A stretch of 32,000 nt of DNA from Aeropyrum pernix K1 (GTDB taxonomy: Archaea > Thermoproteota > Thermoprotei_A > Sulfolobales > Acidilobaceae): assembly GCF_000011125.1 (NCBI RefSeq), contig NC_000854.2, forward strand, positions 300,001 to 332,000, read 5' to 3'. Both the position numbers and the translations under genes were made by a program. Shown in pieces: positions 1 to 9,231 of the stretch. The notes beneath the pieces were generated by a model. That model did not search any database and had not been told where the DNA came from. It saw only the letters and a program-made list of their open reading frames with translations. Position 1 is the stretch's first letter; each line of letters opens with the position of its first letter.

Positions 1-2
1 CC

Positions 3-602
3 AGGAGGACCAGGGACCCGGTCTCCGGGTTCTTCGCGGTGAACCTGGAGAGGGTCAGGCCCGCCATTGTGAGCGGCCGAGGCTTCAAGATTCTACTGGA
101 GATACTGTATACAAACCCCTACGCCAGGGTAGTTGACGTCCCCTTCACATTCCGAGGGAGGAGCCGGGGCAGCAGCAAGCTCGGGCCCTCGACAATCCTT
201 GACTACCTGCTCCAGGTCCTCCAGCTCTCGAGCATACCCCGCTTCATCGCCGTCGGCGCCCTCGGCTCCCTGGTAAACCTTGCCGTCTACACGCTGGCCT
301 TCTCCGCCACCGGGGTGCACCCGCTGAGCAGCATACTAGGCTTCGAGGCCGGGCTCATACACAACGCCATACTGCACGACAGGATAACGTTCAGGAATAG
401 GAGCATGTGGAGGAGCCACAGCTTCCTTAGGAGGCTGGCCAAGTACCACGCCACCAGCGCGGCAGGCATAGCAGTCGGCGTCGCGGCCTCAACAATCTTG
501 TATAGCCTCGCAGGCCTCCACCCCCTCCTATCCCAGGCGCTGGGCATCGGAGCGGGCTTCATAGTAAACTTCACCCTAGCCTCAAGGTATATCTGGAGGT
601 AG
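3..602 (+). CDS. Polyprenol/dolichol-phosphate glycosyltransferase (GT2, DPM1-like) C-terminal part fused to a GtrA-like membrane domain; 5'-truncated by the window edge
   Basis: The frame is open upstream of the listed start (RTRDPVSGFFAVNLERVRPA...). It has a DPM1-like 'DP.SGFF' and 'VPFTFRGRSRGSSKLG' region followed by a four-helix GtrA-like domain. Confidence 0.85.
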   Translation, partial: RRTRDPVSGFFAVNLERVRPAIVSGRGFKILLEILYTNPYARVVDVPFTFRGRSRGSSKLGPSTILDYLLQVLQLSSIPRFIAVGALGSLVNLAVYTLAFSATGVHPLSSILGFEAGLIHNAILHDRITFRNRSMWRSHSFLRRLAKYHATSAAGIAVGVAASTILYSLAGLHPLLSQALGIGAGFIVNFTLASRYIWR

Positions 603-612
603 GTGCCGCGCC

Positions 613-1296
613 TTGGCTGGCAGCAGGCTCAGGCAGCTGGAGGAGGAGGTGAGAAGGTGCACCAGATGCCCGCTCCACGCCACGAGGACCCACGCGGTCC
701 CCGGGGAGGGCCCCGGTGAGGCGGGGGTTATGGTTGTGGGGGAGGCCCCTGGGAGGATGGAGGACAGGCTAGGCCGCCCCTTCGTCGGGCCCGCGGGGAA
801 GCTGCTGGACAGCCTGCTCGAGCTCGCCGGCCTCTCCCGGGGAGAGGTGTATATCACGAATGTGGTGAAGTGCAGGCCCCCGGGGAACAGGGATCCGAGG
901 GAGGAGGAGATAGAGGCGTGCCTCCCCTACCTTGTGGAGCAGATCAGCCTCATCAGGCCTAGGCTGGTGATAGCTGTTGGAAGGCACGCGGGGAGGACGC
1001 TCTTCAGGCTAGCAGGCCTGAGGTGGCCGGGCCTCGCCAGGGCGCGGGGTAGGGTTTGGAGGGGGAGGATAGGCGGTGTTGAGTTGTTGATAGCGGTGAC
1101 CTACCACCCGGCCGCGGCCCTCTACAACCCCGGGCTGAGGGGGGAGCTTGAGAGGGACTTCTCGGGTTTTATAAGGAGGAGCGTGGCGGAAGCCCTCTCG
1201 CGGGGCGGCGGTGGAGGGGGTGCTGGTCTGGACAGGTGGTTTTCACCAGATTCTAGAGGACCTGGCGAAGGAGCGGGCGGTGATGTAGACTCCTAG
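613..1296 (+). CDS. Type-4 (family 4) uracil-DNA glycosylase
   Basis: CTRCPL, GEAPGRMEDRLGRPFVGPAGKLLD, YITNVVKCRPPGNRDPREEEIEAC and a late TYHPAA motif are diagnostic of Fe-S family 4 UDG. Confidence 0.93.
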   Translation: MAGSRLRQLEEEVRRCTRCPLHATRTHAVPGEGPGEAGVMVVGEAPGRMEDRLGRPFVGPAGKLLDSLLELAGLSRGEVYITNVVKCRPPGNRDPREEEIEACLPYLVEQISLIRPRLVIAVGRHAGRTLFRLAGLRWPGLARARGRVWRGRIGGVELLIAVTYHPAAALYNPGLRGELERDFSGFIRRSVAEALSRGGGGGGAGLDRWFSPDSRGPGEGAGGDVDS

Positions 1297-3153
1297 GGTG
1301 AATAGAAGGCCTGCGGTGGCGAAGGCGAACGCAACCACAGCACCCGTCTCGATACGCTGGGCCAGAGTATCCTGGCCCGTGGGGGCCGGCTGGGCGGGGG
1401 CCTCCAGCTGGGACTCCATAGCCTCCGCCGCTATGCTCCAGAGTATCGCGGAGGCTGTTGCCTCCTCCATCATAGCTATGGCAAGCTGGGGGTCGTCGCC
1501 CGCCAGGACCTCGGCGTACTGTATGTAGGCCTCTGTGAGGCCGCTCTGGAAGCCGAGGGAGGAGGCTCTGGCTAGGAGGACGGAGATTATAGCCTCCATC
1601 TCCCGGCGGTATAGCTCGAGGTCCTCGGGCTGGGGCGCCTCCTCGGGGGCGGCTGAGACGACCTGGAGCGTCATGCTGACGGCGTCCCTCAGGAAGCCTA
1701 TGGCGGCCACGTAGTTGCCCCTCTCCTCGTACATCCTGGCCTCGGAGACGAGTTTAGAGAGGGCAGCCAGGTAGGGTGCGAACCTGCCCTCTGGGAGGTT
1801 GTAGGCGTTTATCATGTATTCCACTAGGCTCCTACCGTAGTCGGCCGACGTGTAGCCGTACTCCCTGAACACGCTGTATATGATCCTGAGGTCCTCGGAC
1901 CTAAGCTCCCTCCCAATATCCTTAACAGCCCCCGCAGTCTTGAGCCAGCCCTCGACGCTCTCCAGCCTAGCCTTTATATAGCCCAGCTGTGCGGCGGCGC
2001 TCGACGGTTCTCCCGGGGGCGATGCCTTGAGGGACTCTATCGACGCCTCCGCGTCGGCTAGCCGAGTGTAGGCGACGGCGAGCATCTCTATGTAAAGCAT
2101 ACTGCCCTCCTTCTCCATACCGTCGAGCTCGGCCCTGAGCGACTCGAGCTCGGACTCCAGCCCGGCGAGGGCCTCACCCGGCTTCAGGCCCTCCTGCAGG
2201 CTCGCTAGGTAGCTCAGTGTGTAGGCGCGGGTGAGGGCTGTGAAGGCGAGGCTCGCCGCAGCGTAGGGTGAGTAGCGCTCCGCCTCCACACTCCTCTCTA
2301 TGAGCCCCTTTATAGCCTCGCTCTCACGGGAGTAATCCTCCCTTGGGACGCGCCCCCGGGCATCCTCCAGGGCCTTGAGGGCGTTACTCCTCATATCCTC
2401 AGCTATGCCCAGCATAGACTCGTTGAAGGCTTCAGGCAGGCCGCCCCGGTAGCTAAACGCCGGCCTGGGCCAGCCCATGAGGCTTAGGGCGTCAAGCACC
2501 CCTGCAACAGCAGCGTAGCTGCAGTCCGGCGGCGCGTCGGCCTTGTTCGAGAGGGGTATGGCGAGGACATAGCCCTCCCTGTTGGCTGCGGCGCATTTAG
2601 CGGGTATCCCCCCCACCTTAGCCGCAAGACCTCCGGGTGTTATAGCCCCTGTTATGACGTAGCCGTAGTTACCGTGAACCGATACATCGTCATAGCCGGC
2701 CGCCGCCATAACGACGGCCACGGCCGTTGCGAGGCTACCGCTAGGCCCCGCCACGGGTCCCTGGCTCCTTATGGATATGGAGACCTCCACGCTCCTACAA
2801 GAGACCCCTGCTAGGAGTAGGGCGTTGAGTGCCGCCATCTTCATGCTAAGCTCGGTAGTGGGGTCAACCTCCCCGCCGGCCACAACCTTGAAACCGCCTC
2901 CCGGAGACGGCTTGACACTCAGCGTAGCCTCTATAAGCCTCCCCCTCGAGTCCGACTCACCCTCCACGGCCGGCAGGAGGTAGTAGATTGTCCTGGCGTC
3001 GTCCCCCGACGCCGCCGTGGAGGGGGCTGCTAGGGAGGTTAGCACTATCGCCAGCACCAGCAAGGCCCAAGAGAAGCCCGCCGACCTGGACGTTTTCCGG
3101 CCATTCAGCATAGTCCACCCCAGCACCTCAGCCTGGCTAACCACAGGTAACAC
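1243..3153 (-). CDS. Secreted/membrane-anchored archaeal Lon-like (S16-type) protease-domain protein
   Basis: N-terminal signal-like segment. The S16-like core is GPVAGPSGSLATAVAVVMAA...ITGAITPGGLAAKVGGIPAKCAAA. A C-terminal TM helix reads AVVAFAFATAGLLFTLGVYI. Confidence 0.8.
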   Translation of the reverse strand: MLPVVSQAEVLGWTMLNGRKTSRSAGFSWALLVLAIVLTSLAAPSTAASGDDARTIYYLLPAVEGESDSRGRLIEATLSVKPSPGGGFKVVAGGEVDPTTELSMKMAALNALLLAGVSCRSVEVSISIRSQGPVAGPSGSLATAVAVVMAAAGYDDVSVHGNYGYVITGAITPGGLAAKVGGIPAKCAAANREGYVLAIPLSNKADAPPDCSYAAVAGVLDALSLMGWPRPAFSYRGGLPEAFNESMLGIAEDMRSNALKALEDARGRVPREDYSRESEAIKGLIERSVEAERYSPYAAASLAFTALTRAYTLSYLASLQEGLKPGEALAGLESELESLRAELDGMEKEGSMLYIEMLAVAYTRLADAEASIESLKASPPGEPSSAAAQLGYIKARLESVEGWLKTAGAVKDIGRELRSEDLRIIYSVFREYGYTSADYGRSLVEYMINAYNLPEGRFAPYLAALSKLVSEARMYEERGNYVAAIGFLRDAVSMTLQVVSAAPEEAPQPEDLELYRREMEAIISVLLARASSLGFQSGLTEAYIQYAEVLAGDDPQLAIAMMEEATASAILWSIAAEAMESQLEAPAQPAPTGQDTLAQRIETGAVVAFAFATAGLLFTLGVYITARSFARSSRIW

Positions 3154-3243
3154 GGGCAGTGTTAATCTATATCCTCTAGATAGTTAGGGGCCCCGCGTCG
3201 GATTAATAATATTACCTAGGGGTGGACAAACCGTATAGTTGAG

Positions 3244-3786
3244 GTGAGTGCCAGCGTGGCCCGTAAGAGGAGGGAGTCGAAGAAGGAGGGGGAGGGCGGC
3301 GAGAAGAGCAAGGACCTCAAGATAATAAGCGTTGAGGTTGTGACCAGGGACAAGGTTGTGAAGAACCCCAGGCAGATGGCCCTACTCTACCTGATAGACA
3401 GGCTAGGGCCTATACACGAGAGGACTCTCCAGATTATAGCCCACGAGCTCCAGCAGAGGGGAGCTCAGCTGGGCTACGAGTTCAAGATCGTCGCCGGCGT
3501 CCCCTACAGCCCCGAGTTTAAGAACGACCTTATAGCCCTCGCCTACGTTGGCTTCGTAGAGGTGAACCCGAGGAGGAACAGGAGGCTCCAGACCACCAAC
3601 GACGGTAAGGAGGCGCTGGAGAAGCACGGCGCCCCAAAGGGTGTTGTCGAGGTCCTCGAGAAGCATTATGAGGAGATAAGGAACATAGCCTCCCTCGAGG
3701 ACTGGAAGGTGGACGAGCACCTGAAAACGATCAAGCAGCTCAAGGGCGCAAGGAGGAGGGAACCCTTCGGCGGGCTAGGCTTCTAA
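3244..3786 (+). CDS. Conserved crenarchaeal-type protein with probable winged-helix fold
   Basis: 180-aa ORF with basic N-terminus and a helical core 'ALLYLIDRLGPIHERTLQIIAHELQQRG...'. No family is firmly recognised. Confidence 0.6.
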   Translation: MSASVARKRRESKKEGEGGEKSKDLKIISVEVVTRDKVVKNPRQMALLYLIDRLGPIHERTLQIIAHELQQRGAQLGYEFKIVAGVPYSPEFKNDLIALAYVGFVEVNPRRNRRLQTTNDGKEALEKHGAPKGVVEVLEKHYEEIRNIASLEDWKVDEHLKTIKQLKGARRREPFGGLGF

Positions 3787-3832
3787 CCCCCGAGCCCCCT
3801 CCCGGGGGGGTACCTGGTTTTGGTGCGCCAGC

Positions 3833-4396
3833 GTGAGTAGGGGCAGGGTTCCCTGGGTTTTGAGGAGTGTTGTCCAGCACAGGCTCTCCCTCTTCCTCTA
3901 CGGCGCTCCCGGTAGTGGTAAGAGCCTTATAGCCCACTACATGGGCTCGAGGGCTGTGGAGGCGGGTCTGCGGGTTTGCCACTTCTACACCCCCCCTAAC
4001 AAGCCGAGGAATGTTGTGGAGGGGGTTATGTATCGGGAGGTCCTTGACATGTCCGGGCTGGCTTCAAGCCTCCTCTCTGCGTCCCTCGGGAGGTGCAGCT
4101 TCCTGGTTGTGGATACTATAAACGAGCTGTATAGGCTCGAACCCACGATAGAGTCGGTGTCGATGCTGGCTATGGCCGCGTCCGCCGTGCGTTCGACAGG
4201 AGGTGTTGCGCTGGGTGTGGCGTCCCTGAGGGATGGCGAGGAGTCTACACCCGGCTACAGCGTCCTCGAACCCTACTTCCACTTTATAGGGAGGATTTAT
4301 AGGCTGGGGGTAGGGTTCGCCCTGGAGCTCCTGAAGCCTTCCAGAAAAATATTCTACCTGAGATACTCGGGTAGCGGGGGTGTTGTGTGGCTCTAG
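3833..4396 (+). CDS. RecA/KaiC-like P-loop ATPase
   Basis: Walker A GAPGSGKS, Walker B-like FLVVDTINEL; single-domain 187 aa. Confidence 0.65.
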   Translation: MSRGRVPWVLRSVVQHRLSLFLYGAPGSGKSLIAHYMGSRAVEAGLRVCHFYTPPNKPRNVVEGVMYREVLDMSGLASSLLSASLGRCSFLVVDTINELYRLEPTIESVSMLAMAASAVRSTGGVALGVASLRDGEESTPGYSVLEPYFHFIGRIYRLGVGFALELLKPSRKIFYLRYSGSGGVVWL

Positions 4397-4911
4397 AGCT
4401 GGCGGTGGACTGGAGGATCGACAACATACTGGAGGCCATCATACTTATGCTCCCCGCCATGATAGCCAACGCCACGCCCGTCGTGGCTGGAGGGAGGAGG
4501 CCGGTAGACATGGGTGTCGTGCTGCCAGACGGCAGGAGGCTCCTGGGCGACGGGAAGACTATTGAAGGCCTACTGGCAGGCTTCGCCGCGGGATCCGCGG
4601 CCGGGGTCTTGGCGGCGCTAGCCTCAGGTAACATGCTGCTGGCAGTGCACTCACCCGCCATAGCCTTAGGCGCCCTAGCCGGCGACATGGCCGGCTCCTT
4701 CGTCAAGAGAAGGCTCGGAATAGAGAGGGGAAGGCCGGCCCCCCTGCTCGACCAGCTTGACTTCTACCTGGGCGCCCTGGCTGTGTCCATAGCCCTGGGC
4801 TACACATGGACCCCCAGAGTCGCTGTAGAGGCGGCGGCCGCCGTTCTCCTGCTACACCTAGCGGCGAACATTACAGCATACCTACTGGGGCTCAAGAAGG
4901 TCCCCTGGTGA
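4387..4911 (+). CDS. carS: CDP-archaeol synthase
   Basis: Family motifs LPAMIANATPVV, GDGKTIEGLLAG, GDMAGSFVKRRLGIERGRPAPLLDQLDF. Confidence 0.93.
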   Translation: MALELAVDWRIDNILEAIILMLPAMIANATPVVAGGRRPVDMGVVLPDGRRLLGDGKTIEGLLAGFAAGSAAGVLAALASGNMLLAVHSPAIALGALAGDMAGSFVKRRLGIERGRPAPLLDQLDFYLGALAVSIALGYTWTPRVAVEAAAAVLLLHLAANITAYLLGLKKVPW

Positions 4912-4994
4912 GGAGACCCGCTATAAACACCAGGGGAGCAGCCTGTTTTAAGAACGGAACGCCCGAAGGCGGGGGGCGCGGGGGGCCCGCCGCG

Positions 4995-5171
4995 CTAGGG
5001 GGGTATGAGGCCTAGCTTCTTCTGGAGCTCGTACCTGTACTTTATAAACCTGTTGTCCGGCGAGAACCTGGGCGGGTGTGGAACCGCCACTGGCCCACCG
5101 CAGACGGGGCAGGCGTCCCTGCGTAGTGTGTACCTGCCGCACCTCCTGCACTTCCTCAGAAGCCACTGCAA
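4995..5171 (-). CDS. nop10: Ribosome biogenesis / H/ACA RNP protein Nop10 (58 aa, TTG start)
   Basis: Manual translation: MQWLLRKCRRCGRYTLRRDACPVCGGPVAVPHPPRFSPDNRFIKYRYELQKKLGLIPP*. The zinc ribbon plus PPRFSP.D...KYR is diagnostic. It is absent from the ORF track and sits directly downstream of aIF2-alpha. Confidence 0.93.
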   Translation of the reverse strand: MQWLLRKCRRCGRYTLRRDACPVCGGPVAVPHPPRFSPDNRFIKYRYELQKKLGLIPP

Positions 5172-5191
5172 CCTCGCTTCCCCGCAGCCCC

Positions 5192-6025
5192 CTAGTCTTC
5201 TCTCTCGAAGGAGAATTCTACGCCCAGTTTGGAAGCGGTCTTCCTGGCTGCTTCAACCATCTTCTCCAGGGCCTTCTCCAGCGTCTTGTAGTTGTAGCCC
5301 TGCAGCTCCACTCTGTACTTGGGGGCGCCGACGGTGTATATCCTGGCTACTACTTTCGAGTCTTTGAAGCTCTCTATCTGCGACTTGGCTGCCTCGAGGA
5401 CTTTCCTCACCCTCTCGACGCCGTCGCCAGCCATGCTCCTGAGAGTGAGGTAGAATGTTATCTTGACAGTTTTAACCCTCACGTGAGTCTTCGCAGTCTC
5501 GAGAAGGGGCTCTATCCACTCTTCGGGCACTCCAGCCTTCTCCAGAGCCTCTCTACCCTGCAGGACAGCCGCCTCCAGCCCCTTCATCGGGTCGCCGTAG
5601 GCGTCCTCTAGCTTCCAGAGGACCTCCCTGTAGGCCTCGTCCACGCTCTTCCCAAGCTTCTCAGCTATAAGCTCGACGAGGGTGGCCGCCTTGAGGTACC
5701 TCTTGTAGAACATCATCTTCCTCTTCTTCTCACTATCCATAACCCTCTTCAGGCTGACATCCACCTGGCCCCTCTTCTTGTAGACCCTAATGACCTTCAC
5801 AACAACCTTCTGGCGGGGCTTGAGGACAGCGTGTATATTCCTCACCGCCCTGCTGGCTATCTCGCTCCAGGGGAGGAAAGCCCTTACACCCCCATACTCG
5901 TCGAGTATAAGGTAGGCTCCGTAGTCGTGGACCTCCTGCACAGTGCCTACGACAATCTCCCCGACATCGGGAAGAGGCTTCCTTGGTTTGAGAAGCTTAA
6001 CCTCTACACCGCCCTCCTCGCTCAA
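5192..6025 (-). CDS. eif2a: Translation initiation factor aIF2 subunit alpha
   Basis: N-terminal S1 domain (GEIVVGTVQEVHDYGAYLILDEYGGVRAFLPWSEI), helical middle domain and C-terminal domain typical of aIF2-alpha. Confidence 0.93.
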   Translation of the reverse strand: MSEEGGVEVKLLKPRKPLPDVGEIVVGTVQEVHDYGAYLILDEYGGVRAFLPWSEIASRAVRNIHAVLKPRQKVVVKVIRVYKKRGQVDVSLKRVMDSEKKRKMMFYKRYLKAATLVELIAEKLGKSVDEAYREVLWKLEDAYGDPMKGLEAAVLQGREALEKAGVPEEWIEPLLETAKTHVRVKTVKITFYLTLRSMAGDGVERVRKVLEAAKSQIESFKDSKVVARIYTVGAPKYRVELQGYNYKTLEKALEKMVEAARKTASKLGVEFSFERED

Positions 6026-6120
6026 GCCTCAGAAACACCCCCGGGGAGAGTATTCCCGGGTGAGGAGTGATAAATGAGCCGGAAACCCCCAGGGGGTGGG
6101 GTTTGGAGGCGGGGGTGAGG

Positions 6121-6342
6121 CTAGCCGTAAATCCTCTCTATCTTGCCGAGTATCCTAGCCTTGCCGCCCGTGGGTTCGACGAGGACCTCGCCGCAGTTGA
6201 GGCACCGGGCTCTGAAGGTGGAGTGGCTGAAGACCACCTGCCTGTTACCGCACTTCGGGCAGGTGACTAGGAGGAACCTGCTGCGGGGCCTCGGTATGAG
6301 CACCTTCCGCCTCCTTATGGGTAGGGGCGGTGCGAACGCCAT
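6121..6342 (-). CDS. rps27e: 30S ribosomal protein S27e
   Basis: [50 protein letters not shown]; four-Cys zinc ribbon. The exact start is uncertain. Confidence 0.93.
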   Translation of the reverse strand: MAFAPPLPIRRRKVLIPRPRSRFLLVTCPKCGNRQVVFSHSTFRARCLNCGEVLVEPTGGKARILGKIERIYG

Positions 6343-6358
6343 CCCAGGCTACACCCCC

Positions 6359-6646
6359 TTACCTCACTACATCAACTAGTTCGAGCCTCTTCAGCCTTAT
6401 CCCCAGGAACGGCCTCTTCCTGCCGCAGACCGTGCAGGTTATGACTAGCACCTGCTTCTTGGTGACTTTTGCGAACCTCTTCTGCTCCGGCCTCCTCTGG
6501 CTACCGTAGCCCTCCTGCTTCCTCCTATACCTCCTCTCGCCGAGGGCCATAGCCCTCCTCTTACCAGCCCTGTACTGGGCTACCCTGTGCTCTGTGTGGG
6601 TGTTGCACCTGGGGCAGTAGGTTCTGATCCTCTTCGGGAACTTCAA
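6359..6646 (-). CDS. rpl44e: 50S ribosomal protein L44e
   Basis: [22 protein letters not shown]...[24 protein letters not shown]...CTVCGRKRP. Confidence 0.95.
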   Translation of the reverse strand: MKFPKRIRTYCPRCNTHTEHRVAQYRAGKRRAMALGERRYRRKQEGYGSQRRPEQKRFAKVTKKQVLVITCTVCGRKRPFLGIRLKRLELVDVVR

Positions 6647-6673
6647 TCCAGCTCCACACCCCTCCTGGTAGTC

Positions 6674-7162
6674 TCAGGGGTTAGAGGGTTTTAAGCGTAG
6701 GGTTTTAGCGTTGCTCTCCACGAGGCTCACGAGACCAGCCACGTACAGCCTTGCCGCCAGCCCTGGGCCGGCGGCCGTCACCTCCCCTTTAAGCAGCCTG
6801 ACCCTCCCTCCCATTATAGTCGCCTCAGACCTTACGAGGACCTCCTCGCCGTGGAGGGGGAGGAGGCCCGAGATGTAGTTGGCGTAGAACTCCACGAGGC
6901 TGCCGAGGGCTTCGAGGACATCCCTGTCAACACCCTTGTAGCCGGGGTCTCCGTAGAGGTCGACCAGCCTCTTCAACGCTATCCCGCGGGAGAGTCTGAG
7001 GAGCCTCTCGAGGTAGGCGCTGCAGTAGTCCCTGGAGGCGGAGCAGTAGTTGGCCAGCGCCTCCCTGGCCTCCCTGAGGGACTCGCTCCCGAGGACCTCG
7101 TGGGACCCGGAGACTGCCTTATAAGGGCCTCCAGCCGGCAGCCGCTCTGACAACAACCTCAC
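6674..7162 (-). CDS. Candidate GINS complex subunit (Gins15/Gins51-like)
   Basis: 162-aa helical protein ending in a small beta-like segment (VLVRSEATIMGGRVRLLKGEVTAAGPGLAARLYVAGLVSLV). It overlaps priS, a gene order known for crenarchaeal gins15. Sequence support alone is weak. Confidence 0.55.
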   Translation of the reverse strand: MRLLSERLPAGGPYKAVSGSHEVLGSESLREAREALANYCSASRDYCSAYLERLLRLSRGIALKRLVDLYGDPGYKGVDRDVLEALGSLVEFYANYISGLLPLHGEEVLVRSEATIMGGRVRLLKGEVTAAGPGLAARLYVAGLVSLVESNAKTLRLKPSNP

Positions 7163-8180
7163 CCCCAGCTACAGCCCCGTATCCCTTCAGTTGGAGAAGC
7201 ACAGCTATATGGGCCGGCATGCTGTAAACCCTGCCGGGCTCCAGGGACACCGTGCGGCCCAGTATCCGCGACTCCTCGAGCCTCGCCGAGGCCCTGAACT
7301 CGACCTCACCCCTGAAGGGGGAGAGCCAGTCGCCGGGGTGGAATCCCTCCAGCCCCAGCCTAGCCACGAGGAGGCCGGCTTTGCCGTTGAGGCTGCCCAC
7401 GATCCTTGCGAGCCTAGATATATCCTGGGTCACCTTCACATCTATAGCCACCCTCACGTCGTCCAGGAGGTCCTCGATAGCCTCGTGCACTGCAGAGAGG
7501 TCAACGCCCCTCTCCAACGCGGCCCTAGCTATCCACCCCCTAAGCCCGGGATCGTCGGGCGAGGGTGGCGCGGGCCTCACGCCCCTCCTCCCCGGCCGTG
7601 GTATTATGAGTTCGAGCCTCAAGCCCTCCAGGGTGAAATACCTGGCTATCTCCCTCCTCTCCTCTCTACCCAGCCTCCGGCACCAACCGCAGTCGGCGAG
7701 GACGTGGAACCCCCTGTTGCCTGTGAAGTAGAGGGTCGAGGGGACCCCGAAGTCGCGGTAGAGGGCCTCGACAAGCCTGACAGCCTGCTTGTAGCCGCGG
7801 GAGAGGCAGCTGTCCCCGAGGACCTCGCCGCAGCCCTCTAGGCTGTCGACGTCGATGTCGAACATTAGCTCGCTGCCCAGCCACCCCTTCTCCTCCATAC
7901 TCCTGGCCGTGGGTAGGCTGTACCTCGCTACAGAGTAGTAGGCGTTCTTAGGGGCTTCTCTAGCCATGTAGGAGAGAAGCTCCTCCATGCTATCGAAGCC
8001 GATGTGCCTTACGTAAACATCCCCGTCGAAGAGCTGGAAGGCGAACTCCCTGTAGGCTATATCCCTAGGCTCCTCCACGGGGGGGCTGAGGGAGTAGTAG
8101 GCCTTAAACAGCCTCCTGGGGTCCAGGCCCCCCCGAGCCTCTACCACAGCCTCCCTCCTACTCGATCTTCGGCGATACAT
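7119..8180 (-). CDS. priS: DNA primase small (catalytic) subunit PriS
   Basis: YYSLSPPVEEPRDIAYREFAFQLFDG...VRHIGF, SELMFDIDVD catalytic motif, FTGNRGFHV motif, IDVKVTQDISRLARIVGSLNGKAG. Confidence 0.96.
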   Translation of the reverse strand: MYRRRSSRREAVVEARGGLDPRRLFKAYYSLSPPVEEPRDIAYREFAFQLFDGDVYVRHIGFDSMEELLSYMAREAPKNAYYSVARYSLPTARSMEEKGWLGSELMFDIDVDSLEGCGEVLGDSCLSRGYKQAVRLVEALYRDFGVPSTLYFTGNRGFHVLADCGWCRRLGREERREIARYFTLEGLRLELIIPRPGRRGVRPAPPSPDDPGLRGWIARAALERGVDLSAVHEAIEDLLDDVRVAIDVKVTQDISRLARIVGSLNGKAGLLVARLGLEGFHPGDWLSPFRGEVEFRASARLEESRILGRTVSLEPGRVYSMPAHIAVLLQLKGYGAVAGGEVVVRAAAGWRPL

Positions 8181-8907
8181 AGAACGTCAGCCTACCACCG
8201 CCCAGGTACTCCATGTCAACCCTCACAGGAGCGTCCTCAGAGAAGCTCACTACAACAGCGTCCGCCGCCTGCGCGGCGCTAAGCATCTCGCTGAAATATT
8301 CTATACTGTAGCTAGCCCTATCCTGCGACTCCGCCTCATAGTCTAGGAGCGAGCCTCGGGATTGTGAGAGCTCTATCTCAACCGTGGCCATCTCGCTGCT
8401 GCCGACCAGAAGCAGGGCGTCCTCGAGTGCCCTGAGGGTGAGGGTCTCGCTGTGAGGCTCCAAATCCCTCACCGCCTCCCTGAAGGTGGAGCCGAGCATC
8501 CTAGCCCTGACGGTGAACGACACCTTAGGCTCGGGCAGCTTCTCGTAGGTCATGACGACCTGCGGTATCCTGAACGTCCTCTCCCCCCTGCTCTTAAGCT
8601 TCACAGCCAGCCTGCTCCCCTCCACCTCCAGCACCAGCTCGTCCTCCTTCCTAGCCCTCCTCAGCACCTTGGAGAGTAGGTCGAAGGACACACCAAACTC
8701 CACAGACTCGCCGCCGATATCGTACTCGATGAACGCGGTGTTCGGGTAGTAGAGGTCGACCATGGCTACGTGGCTAGTGTCGAGGGCCCTCAGAGACAGC
8801 CCCTCCCCGGTAGCGACGAACACGCCCTCCTCTATAATCTTCTCGATAGAGGCGACCATATATCTCCACGTCCTGGCATCGCTAAAGTAGAACCTAGCGT
8901 CGGCCAA
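8158..8907 (-). CDS. pcn: DNA polymerase sliding clamp PCNA
   Basis: ARFYFSDARTWRYMVASIEKIIEEG...LRALDTSHVAMVDLYYP...; C-terminal DYEAESQDRASYSIEYFSEML...VRVDMEYLGGGRLTFYVSPKIE. Confidence 0.96.
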   Translation of the reverse strand: MADARFYFSDARTWRYMVASIEKIIEEGVFVATGEGLSLRALDTSHVAMVDLYYPNTAFIEYDIGGESVEFGVSFDLLSKVLRRARKEDELVLEVEGSRLAVKLKSRGERTFRIPQVVMTYEKLPEPKVSFTVRARMLGSTFREAVRDLEPHSETLTLRALEDALLLVGSSEMATVEIELSQSRGSLLDYEAESQDRASYSIEYFSEMLSAAQAADAVVVSFSEDAPVRVDMEYLGGGRLTFYVSPKIE

Positions 8908-8988
8908 ACAACCGCCACCCTATAAAGCTAAAGCTTTGCGCCGCGGATTATAAGGGGGAGGACGCGCATAAAACATACACCCCTCCCC

Positions 8989-9231
8989 CTAGCCCCCGGG
9001 GTTTCCGCCCCCCGCCCTCCTGCACTCATCCCTCAGCAAGCGGGCACTGTTGTAGGCCCCGAGGGCCAGCTTCAGAGCGCCCTCCACGAGGGCTCTCGAC
9101 GATACCGTGGGCGGGGTCCGGTCGAGGGCCTCTGCGAGGTCCTCGACAATCCTGTAGAGGGCCCTCTCCACAATCTCCTCATGCATGCACCTAACTTCGT
9201 CTACGCGTACTCTCTCCAAGTGTACCTGCAC
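8989..9231 (-). CDS. Small hypothetical protein between PCNA and TFS
   Basis: 80-aa ORF in the same direction, overlapping the 3' end of tfs. Helical, no recognised family. Confidence 0.5.
   Translation of the reverse strand: MQVHLERVRVDEVRCMHEEIVERALYRIVEDLAEALDRTPPTVSSRALVEGALKLALGAYNSARLLRDECRRAGGGNPGG

Noticed and set aside
7191-7841. 216-aa plus-strand ORF inside priS
   Set aside because: Antisense to an unmistakable PriS; Pro/His-rich with no domain signal.
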